Source: Adineta vaga
Taxonomy: Eukaryota > Animalia > Rotifera
Assembly: GCA_021613535.1 (NCBI GenBank)
Contig: CP075494.1
Location: 4,774,001 to 4,838,000 of the forward strand
Length of the DNA: 64,000 nt
Direction of reading: 5' to 3'
In this document: positions 50,516-61,797 of the stretch, piece after piece
Position numbering within the stretch: the stretch's first letter is position 1
How the letters are laid out: every line of letters starts with the position of its first letter
The notes under the pieces: generated by a model
The model's database searches: none
What the model was told of the DNA's origin: nothing
Seen by the model: the letters and a program-made list of their open reading frames with translations, nothing else
Position numbers and translations under genes: made by a program

Positions 50516-51654
50516 AATCTCATGCTAGACTGTCGTTTCATTTAGTTATTTTTTTCTGTTTTTAATTTGATTAAATAGTTCTAATTAGCGAAAAAGGTAT
50601 ACACATATATCAATGAATCCTTTGAGTGCGGAATGTGTACAACTGCGAAGATGCTCTTTTGATGAAAATTCCCTACGAAAGAGAAGAGTGAATTATTTGT
50701 ATAAAGTCAAATTCGCATCCTTCAAAACTAACTCACTACTTATGCTAAAAGATACGTCACTTTTGAGATTTTATGATGTTTTTAACCGACAGAATCGGCA
50801 TTACTTCACCGTCTAAATAACATTTAGCAAATTACTTTCCAAAATGATGAATTACCTATAGATCATGACAATGTAAAACTTTTCTGAGAAAAATTGTACA
50901 AATCAAACAATCGTTTATTGATATTGGGAATATATCAGGTAAATTCATTGGTTTGACATCGTTTGAACGAAAAAGTCTCTTGCGCCGTTCTGTCACCCTA
51001 CAAATTATTCACTATCAATTTTCTGAAGTCTTGTCCATAAATACAGCTAATTTATACATCAGCAGGACCTACCAGGATCATTCATGTTAAAACCAGATAA
51101 CCAGTTGCGATTAAATGCCCTGTATGACTGACTTGTCGGTATCATAAATCGAAGGAAAATATCGTCTCTATATTGATATATATGAATACGCATGATAAAA
51201 TGAAAAAGAAAAAAAAATAGAAGAGCTGTTCGTCACACATGAGCAAAATCATTGTACTATTTCAATCATTTCTGCATACTTGTATATACAATCAAACGAT
51301 AATGGAAGTCGATAAGCATGTTTGATAGAGAACACGTACTATTTGGATTTCTGCTTCATTCACATCACTCTTTTCCTATATATCTATATATTCATAACTG
51401 TAGGTTGTTTTTCATTAAATAAACTCATTTATCTTATTCAAGTTTCTCATAGATATTTTTTTAAGAGAAGAGTAACGCACTATTTTTGATAGACGGTCGT
51501 TCATTTGATAAACGTCTGTATGTAAACTTGATTTACGATATTGAGAAATGAAAATATATAACTATTCTTTTTCAATATAAAATATATGACAAAAGTATTT
51601 ATGCTCATCTTTATTGTTCAAATGTATTGATTGAATAATTGAAGAATCTGAATT

Positions 51655-53487
51655 TTATTTATTTTCTTGATTTCTTAGATAATCATTCAATTCTTGTTCT
51701 TCCTGATTGATAGGTTCACGAAAAGGTCCAGTATCATTTGTAACTGCCCCTCGGGTATTTGACGAAATTTTTTTTTCATGAATCAGATGTACGACATTTG
51801 ATGCAACATACATAATAATTGACATCAGTATACAAACAATTAATAATGTTGGAAAATGTTTGGAACTATGATCCATTACAAAACCTAGAATTATTCAACT
51901 TTACGCATTGTTTCTTCATTCAATAGAAAGAACTTTACCAGCTAGTTTTTGAAATGTGATCGCTCCAAGTGCTGAACCACACAAAAGTATGGGTAACAAA
52001 ACAGGTGTTACATTTAATCGTTGATTAATAAAACCAAATGATAAAGGAAAGATCGGTGCAAAAACCAGACCAGTAGCAGCACCGAGAATAAATAAACTTG
52101 TACTTGTCAAACCAATTGTCCATACAAAAACGAGCCAAGCAATTGCAAGACATACACCTGCAAACCAAACGATATTCAAACACTGACTAACTGATAAAAC
52201 AACCGAAAGAATCGCTCCAACTAATCGACCAATCTATATGTAAAGAAAATATTTTTTCAATAGTTCATTTATCAAAACATACAGAATACGAAAGCCAATA
52301 GAGAATAATACCCCAACTTGCAACACTATTAGAAATATTGAATTGTTCTGATCTGAGAAAAGTAAAGAAGAATTTCGAAAATGTTTGATCATTTCCACCG
52401 ATAAAAAATATATAAGCAATGTAAATAATCGAAGCGATTAAACCATATTGAAAATATCCTTGTCCACATGTTCGAGGTGAATATGGAGAAGATACTTCTT
52501 TTCCAACTGGAGCATTTCGATTATCTGGATTTGTACTAACGATAGCATAATCAACCTAAAACCAAATCACACATAACATTTTTTGTTTTTCATATTAAAT
52601 CAATACCTGTCGAGGATCAAGTTTTTGTCTTTGGAATTTCAATTCTCGAATATAAAAGAATAAATGTCCAGCGGCAATTAAACTACATAAAGCGCCAGTA
52701 ATAATATATGGAATGACAATATTCGAATATCTATGAACAAGATTCGTCGATAATGATGTTGAATTGATTATTTCATTTGATGCACCACTAACTACAGATA
52801 CATCTTGCGTAAGAAATGGACGAACAATTAAGTTCACAAAAACTGCTCCGATCCCATAACCTAAATGTGCTGTATTTAAAGGTGCTGCTGCGTGAACACC
52901 CCATGTAGTCAACAAAATATTCGTTCCACCTACACGAAAGACTAACATAATTTCATCGTGAAATAAAACATTGATATACCTAAATCAGTAAGGCCTTGAG
53001 CAGCCCCTTGAAAGAAAAATAAAATACACATTATTATCCACGATGTTACGAATGGAGTAGTAAACATCACTTAAAATAAGAAAAATTTTAGTAAAATAAT
53101 GACATATATGTGATTAATTTATACCCAGAGCAGAAACAACAAATGCAAAAACTAAAAGAACATAGGAATGTGTTTTGACAATCTTTTGTCCAGCAATTGC
53201 GAGAATATTAGCAGATAAATAACCTGCACCTCTCGCTGCTAAAACAGAACCCATTCCACTATAAGCAACATTAATATTTGCTGCAACTATTTGCATTGTT
53301 GGACCAATTATTTCAAGGTGAAAACCCTTTTATATCAAACAAATTCTTTCTTTTTATAGAAGATCAAAAAAAAACTTACTAAAATAATCCAAGTCAAAAC
53401 AAAAAATCCAGTTTTAATTAAACTCCATGGATGACTTAAATAAATCTTTATTCCAGATGAACTTTGTTCAGTCGATCCGCCTTCCAT
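51655..53487 (-). CDS. MFS transporter (MFSD4/FucP-like), multi-exon, paralogue 3
   Basis: Same exon layout as paralogue 1: HPWSLIKT, EIIGPTM, GGTNILLTTWG, AAPLNTAHLGYGIGA. Confidence 0.85.
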
Positions 53488-54238
53488 CTGATAAATGCTA
53501 TCACAAGTTAAATGTTGATTTAGTTATTAACGTATTCAATACGATTACTCTATAGAATGAAAAGATTTTTTTTTCTTATTCAGTCAGTAACTAAATATCA
53601 ATCGAACAAGAAACAAGTACGTGTTTGTACAAGCAAAAAAAGAATCAAGCATAAGAGAGAATAGGAAAGTAAAAAATCATACATCGCGTTACACGTAACT
53701 GTGCTCACTCAATTGAGGGACGATTCTTTTTCTCTTTCCATTTTTTCCTTGACAAAGAAAAAAAAACCAGTCAAGAAGAATAACTGTTCTTTACATATAC
53801 GTTTTTTTTGTTCTATTATTACATCCGTCAATGACAAACATCTGTTATTTAAAAAGGAAAATTCAAATGAGTTTCATCGACCATATTCTCTTACATTTAT
53901 ATGTGCGTGTCTTTTATATCAACACTTGTTCTTTCTAATTGTTAAAAAAAAAGAAGAAAACGATGAAAGAAATGTAATACACATGAACTTTAAGAGTACT
54001 TATATCGCGATGATATTTTATTCTGATCTATAATGATTCAATTCTGATTGAAAATATCTACTTGAAATTCGGAATTCTTTTACTATTGATAACATAGATT
54101 TTATGTTGCTCTTGCAAAACGACAATAGAATGAGTAATAGTATCTTATCATCAAGACATGTGATAAAGATTGCGCAAAAAGTTTTTGTCAATTGATATCA
54201 TTTACTAAAAGACAAGATTTTTTTCGTAGTTTTTAAAA

Positions 54239-55264
54239 ATGTCCATCCCTGATGAATATCTTTGTCCAATTACACGAGATATTATGATAAATCCTGTTAT
54301 ATTGATCGACGATGTACGTATGATATACTTTGTATGTAGAAGAAATTATTTTCATACTTTATAGGGATATTCTTATGAAGAATCTGTTCTGAAATCTTGG
54401 CTTGAAAATCATAACACATCTCCAATGACGAATAATATATTAAAAAATAAAACGTATACTCCCAATCGTGCTTTAAAATCATTAATATATGAATTTAATT
54501 CCCACCAAAGAATTTCTTCGCAAATTCTATCTCGAGAATTTCTCACTTTTAATATCTGTTCGGAATGGTTTGATCAGAATTGGAAGCAGAAACCAAGAAT
54601 TAAGATAATATTGTCTCCTTTAGGATCGATGGCAGTAGGTAAAACAATTCTCTGTCAATGTCTTCGATATGGTCACTGGCCAGAAAATATGATCAAACCT
54701 CCTTTCACTCTTGGAAAGGATATGATTTTTTATTATTTAGATAAATTATTTCGAGAAGAATATCCTGTAGTTATTCAAGTGAATGATCTTCCAGGACAAG
54801 AAAGATTTGAAGCAGTAACAAATCTTTATTTTCGACAATGTCATGGAGCTTTTTTAGTGACAGATACGACAGATTTAGAAAGTCTTGAACGATTAGAACA
54901 ATATTGGTATCCAAAACTAAAGGAATTATGTATGAATCATGTTCAAACTGTTCTCGTATGTACAAAAAGTGATTTATTCGAAAAACAAAGTTCAGAATAT
55001 CGTGAGATGTATCTTCAACGTATTGAACATTTTGCAACTACTCATCAAATTCCACTTATTCATGTTTCTGCTTATCGTGGTGATAATGTTACATATCTTT
55101 TTAAAAAATTAATCATTCAAATTCTAGAAAATGATGCATTGATCAATCTATTAATTGCTCAAGCGAATTCTTCACCTCAGAAAGCAATCAAACTAGAAGA
55201 AAATTCTATTAAGATTAACAATAATAAAAAATCGGACAAAAAGAGATCCACATGTTGCAATTGA
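54239..55264 (+). CDS. U-box E3 ligase fused to a Rab-like small GTPase; exons 54239-54313, 54365-55264 (324 aa)
   Basis: IPDEYLCPITRDIMINPVILIDD|GYSYEESVLKSWL...SPMTN...PNRALK U-box. G1 GSMAVGKT, G3 DLPGQERF, G4 TKSD, G5 SAY, C-terminal CCN. 51-bp intron. Confidence 0.9.
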
Positions 55265-55370
55265 GGAATTTATGAATTCAAGATATATCATTTTTTTAAT
55301 GAAATAAACCTACTGACAAATATAAAACTGGAATTTCTACATAAAACTATACTATTCGATTCATTGAATT

Positions 55371-56359
55371 CTATTTTCCACCGGTTGTACCCATTCCCAT
55401 GGCTGTTTTAAATGTATCATAAATCCACCATTGTAATGCAGCAATTGTTCCAATCATAATTATTCTTGGTCCTAAACCTTTCGTACATAAATTCCACGTA
55501 CCAAAATCTCGACTAATTTCTTTCACCGATTTCCCTTTATATTCAGGTTTGGCCATTAATGAAACAATCGAATCACCGGGATGAGAAACAATAGCACAAA
55601 TAATTCCTGCTAAATATCCAGCAGCAAAAGTAATACCTAATTGCGTTGTTTTTGAATAACTTGATTTTGGTTCGGTAAAAACATGCGTATAAAACATTTG
55701 AACTGTCTAAAACAAATATTTTGAGAAGACTAGAAACCTTTTTTTTACGAAAGAATAATAATTACTTTTTCGAAAAAATAAAATTTTGTTACAGTATATG
55801 GAATTTGTCTTGACCATAATGGAACAATTGATCCATATGGAAATCGTGTCACACTTCGATTTGTATTCATCGCAATTGTTGCAGGAATCAATGCAGTTGG
55901 AAATGTACCAGGTGTACTTGTTTGAACTTTAACTTTGACCATTTCCATCGGGCATAACGCCAAACAACCACAAAATTCTGCTGCAGCTGCTCCACTTAAC
56001 CAAATCCAATCCCGATATTTTTGTGCATAATCATAACCAACAAAATTACCTAATGCGTCTTTAAACACTTCATAGAGACCAAATTTTAAGGCACCCTGCG
56101 GTGAATAACCTAAAATAGTCGGTTCCCATCCTTTCCATATTGCTCGACTACCTTCTTCGTGAATAATCGTTCGAAGACTAGGTAATAAAGTTTTATATTT
56201 CCCTGGATTCACTTGCATATTACATTTTGTCACATCTAATGGTGTAATAACTAAATGTGTCGAACCACATGCTAATGCACCACCAATTAAACATTTACCA
56301 TAATAAATATTATCATGTGGAACAGGACCAGCTGTTCGAGCATTCCATGTTTTATTCAT
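55371..56359 (-). CDS. SLC25A3: Mitochondrial phosphate carrier (SLC25A3/Pic2-like); intron 55765-55707
   Basis: ACGSTH...TPLDVTKCNMQV, GALKFGLYEVFK, CPMEMVKVKVQ, PLWSRQIPYT, SHPGDSIVS, LQWWIYD. Confidence 0.9.
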
Positions 56360-57645
56360 AACTAATCTAAAAATGAAAAAAAAATCTACGATCGAAACTT
56401 GAACTCAATCTGTTTCAAATGAAAGAAAACGTATTATTATTATTATTGATCATGTCATGTAAAAGGCGCCACATTGTATAGAAGCAGTACAAAAGAAGAA
56501 GAAGAAGAAGAAGAAAAATACACACAACTGTTTTGATCAAACCTCTTGCTGGTAACTTAAAAAAAAACTTTTTCCAGAGAACAAACAAGAAAAAGAAATG
56601 TTTGATCGCTACCACAGCAAATGTTGTTTTGCTTTATGCTTCAAACCACGAGAAAGAAAAGAAAAACATTTTATCCACTTTAAGTTTCCGTTGCATAAAA
56701 TAGTGTTAATTAACTATCGTGTCTTGTTATTCTTATTCATTATAATTAAAAAAACTGACACCCAGAGAGTATTAGAATGATGAAAATAAATAATCGCTTC
56801 GAATTGACTTTCATTCATATAGTCACATATTGCTATGGCTGTTGTTCAACTAATTAAATCATCTTGTTTCATGATCACATTGTAAAACTGTCTATTTTAG
56901 CTAGTTCGACATTCTATCCATGCAGAGATTTTGTTGACAGTATAATGACTATAAAATATCTCGTTCACCAAGTGTGTGAGTTGATGTCAAATAGATGATG
57001 AACGGAAATTATAGGTAATGTTCTTTTTTTTATAATGAGATCATATTTCTTGCGGAAAAATACCAATAGTCACATTTTTAATGAAAAGTTTTGTAATAAA
57101 ATTTAGGTGGTATTTCAATGTTCATAAGGGAACAATTTGAATGGCATTCTTTCTTTATCTGTAAGTAAATGTCTGTCACATAATTACTTTTTTTCAAAAT
57201 CGAATAAACTACGATAAAAAAAGACAAGAGTATATATATATATATTCGAATAATGTTTCTATTTAAGCATTCCTTATGAAATTTGATCAATTGATTAATA
57301 ATTGTAAATATTTAACATTCCAAGGTTTCCTTTTTTTTTTTCTTTTGCATTTAATTCTTACCCGTACAAATACTTGATCATCTTATAAATGACAAATTAA
57401 TATTTGTAAAGATATATTCAATTGCAAAAAACTAGACTTCATGACTGCGTACCAAAAAGAAACTTTAAGACAGTTATCAACGTGAAATTTGATAACTAAA
57501 CTAACATAATTTATTCATCAACATAAACATATAAGAAAAAAAAATGAAACAAGATAATAATGAAATCGGATCTTTCATTTGTCCTTCATTTGAATGCAAA
57601 GAAGAAGAGAAAAAAAATATATAAACCGCATCGATCAAGATCAAT

Positions 57646-59636
57646 ATGAGTAGATTTAGTTTAAAAGAAGAAAGAATGTCTTTTGATTCGAACAGTAACA
57701 ATCATAAGAAAGAAAATACATCACTTGTTGTACATCGTCGAAATGCACATTTCGGATCAACTGTTCAATATACATCATCAATTGTAATCAATCTTCGACG
57801 ATTACAAAATAATCTACAAACTCAACATGAACATGAAAAACAAGCCTTGAATGAATTAAATCAACGTTTTAGTATTTTTGTCGATCGTGTGCAATCATTA
57901 GAATCACAAAATTCAAAATATCATTCTGAACTTGCCACTTTTCGACGATCATCAACTGATGATAGTGACATTGATTTACAATCGAATGAACGGTATCTTA
58001 CCTCTCGGTCGAGTCTAACAGCTTTACATCAAGCTAAACTTGATTGGGAATCCGATTTCGATTGGTATCAAACACAAATTGAAATCTATCGACAAATAAT
58101 TGATACAGAACAACAATGGAAAGATAAACGTTTGGGAAAATTAGAACAAGAACTGAAACAAGTTGCAGCTGAATTGAATACAATACGTATATCATATACA
58201 GATTTAGAGCGAATAAATTTAAATCAATATGTCGAACGTGATAATATATTCAAGCAATATTTTGCCTTATCTTATGATTTATGTAATGCGAGAAAACAAC
58301 GTAAAAATTCGGATCTTAGTTTAGAAACATTGAAAAGTTATATTGCATTCTATAGAAATATACGATCGTATTCAACACGGTTAGTTGATTTCGAAAGAGG
58401 AAGAGAGAGAGAGAAAATCTTATTTGAATTTTTTGTAGAAGTTATGAATCAACAGTAGTCAATGTGGAAAATCCAGCAGAATATTGGGCAGTTGAATTAG
58501 ACGAATCAATGAAGAAAATTCGTCGAGATTTTGAAATGTTCTATTCGACGATTTATCGTGAAATGACAACTTATTATGAAACAAAAAAGGAAGATTTAGA
58601 TAAAGAAGTCGAACAAGTTGCGAATCAACAACGAGTAGAATATGAAGAATTCATTGTCTTTCAACAAACACTACAAGTTGAATATGAAAAAGTACAGTAT
58701 AGTTTAACTTATGAAAAAGAAGCTTATGGAAAATTAGAATTAACCTATTGTAAGTGATGATATTCATTTTTTCCTTGAAAAAAAAGAGTATTTTCTTTCA
58801 ATTGAATAGCGAGATTAGAAGATGAATATAAATCATTGGATGTTCTATATGGCGATCAATTAGAATCACAAGAAAGAGAAGCGCAAAGTCTTCAAGAACG
58901 TATTGTAGACATGGCTTATGATATCAATGAAATGCAACGCAGGTTAGATGAAGCAAACAAGATCTATTAAAGATTTCTTTTTATTTCAGTAAAGTGAATT
59001 TAGAAGCAGAAATTATTATTTATCGATATCTATTGGACAGTTATGGATTTGGTGAACGTGTTACGGTTGTTCCTCAAAAACAAACTGTTGCAAGAGAAAT
59101 ACCCAATAAATTTAATACAAAGAGACAAAAGAAACGATCGATTGGTATAAGTAAGTATTCGAAAGGATATTTCAAGATGATTACTATTCATTTCTTTTTT
59201 GTCTGTAGAAGAATGTGTTCCGAATGGTAAATATATTAGTTTGCTAAATTATTCAGCAAGTACAGATGTGGATATATCACGATGGGTTATAAAACAACAT
59301 ATTAATTCTGCACCGGATATTCGATATACAATTCCGAATGATGTTCGACTTCAACAAGGCAAAGAATTACGAATCTATTCGAAACTTAATAGTGGCGAAA
59401 TATCATCCTACACAAGTGCGATATCTGCATTGGTTCAACAACAGCAACAGCCATTGGTGAATAATGACCTACTTTCATGGGGTATGGAAATATTTTTTAT
59501 CGGAAAAAAGACACGAATATGTATTTTGTTTGACTTAGGTATTGGTGATACAGTTGAAACGTTTTTGTATAATCAACATGGTGAAGAAGAGGCATCCTAT
59601 TTACAGTCGAATGAATTGACAAAAAGCAATATGTGA
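57646..59636 (+). CDS. Divergent cytoplasmic intermediate filament protein with lamin-tail domain; 6 exons
   Basis: Coil 1A EKQALNELNQRFSIFVDRVQSLE, rod end LEAEIIIYRYLLD, LTD (ECVPNGKYISLLN...W...LRIYS). No CaaX or NLS. Introns 58380-58438, 58751-58809, 58943-58989, 59152-59208, 59482-59538. Confidence 0.85.
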
Positions 59637-59877
59637 TTTATTATTAACAAAAAGAACTCAAGTGATTTCTATTCCAAACTATATCCTAATTTTCTATTTT
59701 GAAATTTGAAACTAATAGTTTTTTTATACCAAAAAACCTAACTAACAAAATAGCTCAGTTTTACTCACGTTATAGTATGATAAAGCTTTTTTTTCCTAAA
59801 GTTTGAACGCAGATTCAGTTATGAACGATGTTATATTTATTTTTCAAGAAAAAGAATATCAACAAAACAAAATATGT

Positions 59878-60977
59878 TCAAGTAGTGCATTCACAATACA
59901 TCATCGGGTTGCCACAAGTTGAAGCTGCTCCATAATCAGTCCATGATGTTGAAGTCGAATCTGTTGAGGTATAAACAGCACGATCAGGATTGACATAAGA
60001 AGTAACTGAACCTGGATAACCCGACCCACATGTCGTTGTTATACTAATGTAGGTTTTACTAAGTGCTTTACATATACCTGTACAAGTTGCTATTCCATTT
60101 GCATTACCACAACCAGCATGAAGTCCGTACCAAGCATTATTGACATAAGATCCACCAAATGTTGTTCCACTTAGATAAACTATTGGATAACCAATATTCA
60201 AAGAACTACCGGTATTTGTAATGGAATAATAACGAATCTTTTGAATGCCATGATAACCATTAGCAATTATTTCTGTCGCATAATTTTGAGTACCTGTCAC
60301 GAAAAAATAGTTACTGACTGTAGTTGATGTTGTTCGTGATGTTGACGACGATGAAGTTGTTGTGGATGTTGATGTTGTTGATGACGATGACGATGACGAT
60401 GAAGATGAAGTTGTTGAGGATGTTGATGTTGTTGATGACGATGACGATGAAGATGAAGTTGTTGAGGATGTTGATGTTGATGACGACGAAGTTGTTGAGG
60501 ATGTTGAAGTCGTAGTAGGTTCTGTGAAAGCAATAACAAAAGGTTATGATAAATGATCGCTCTTTAATTTTAGAATTTTAGAACTCTTTTGACGATTGTA
60601 AGTTAGGTTTTTCAATCGAATTATGTATCATACTTAAACTTACCAGGTGGTATTCGTGTTCCAGATATGACGAACATCGTTACTGCTTTTGCATCAGCCA
60701 CCATATTGTTCTGCTGATTTAAAATATTAGTAAATATCTGGCAACTAGAGATTGATCGATAAAAAGTAGCTGCTTGACATTGAATCTGAGCCAAACAAGT
60801 CGTTTGACAAAGCCGTATGTTTGATAGGTTCATCGTCATAAATGGTGGACAAGTTGTATTTGTACACTGGAATCGCCAATCATTACTTAAAGATATTTTA
60901 AATGATCGTCTATCTTCTTCCGTTGTTTTTGCTCTGCATAGCAACACAAGAAAGAGAGCAATTCTCATGATGATCAT
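59878..60977 (-). CDS. Secreted PAN/Apple-domain protein with Ser/Thr mucin-like linker and Cys-rich C-terminal domain; intron 60643-60522
   Basis: Signal MIIMRIALFLVLLCRA, PAN motif CQTTCLAQIQCQAATF...CQIF. Exon 2 reads EPTTTSTSSTT...VSNYFFVTGTQNY through to MYCECTT. Confidence 0.8.
60325..60512. repeat. Coding low-complexity tandem repeat (about 48-nt units with variable GATGAC copies) encoding the Ser/Thr linker
   Basis: gatgaagttgttgaggatgttgatgttg recurs about three times. Confidence 0.85.
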
Positions 60978-61797
60978 TAGTAAATAAATTTTCAACTAAC
61001 ACGATAAACACGTACCTACTTTCTCTTAGTTCACACATGATGTATTCTCTTTTTTCTCTATTCACTAATGCAATGAAATATAATTATACTTTTTCTTTTT
61101 CTTTTTCTAGTATTCTCTTGATATGTATATCCTAAATGAAATTTTAAAGATCTTCTACCGACAATCATGAACATATTTTCAGCATACAAGTGAAAGCATT
61201 TAGATTAAAAAAAGCATTGACGAAATTAATAATTATTTGTAAGAGAATAAGATGACAATTGCAATACTAAAGATAATGAAATTGCTTCTTTGCATACAGT
61301 CAAGTGACATTTCGATGGAAACAATCGAATAAGCACATAATTATTTTATTAAACGCATGCACTGTATCCCTGAAGCATGCAGAAACGAACAAATACGAGA
61401 TATGTTTTTTTCAAAACATATTTGACATTGTCAGATTAAAAAAGCGATTGTTCTCAAAATATATCTAATGCCTTTCTCGATCAAATTGTGACATTAAACT
61501 GTACACGATTAAATAATCAATGTTATTGCAAGTTCTACTTAAAAAACACTTCTCTTTTACTTAACAAATGATCATTAACTACGGTAAAGCTTAAAGAAGT
61601 TAGTAAGAACTTAAAGCGGACAGAATTATCGATCTAGTTTCAAACTTTATTTCAATTCAAAACTTCTAATCGAATTAAAAAAGAAATGGACATGCAATGT
61701 TACATAAAACTTCGTCGGTAACAGAAAAGTATAATTATAGAAAGTATTTCACAAACATAAAGGAAGTGTTTCTATTATACGATGTATATGTTACTTA

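Noticed and set aside
58380-58463. Apparent stop splitting the intermediate filament gene
   Set aside because: Intron 58380-58438 restores the frame (R|SYESTVVNVENP).
60297-60556. His/Gln-rich, Asp/Val-rich and Met/Leu-rich ORFs
   Set aside because: Alternative readings of the Ser/Thr linker repeat.
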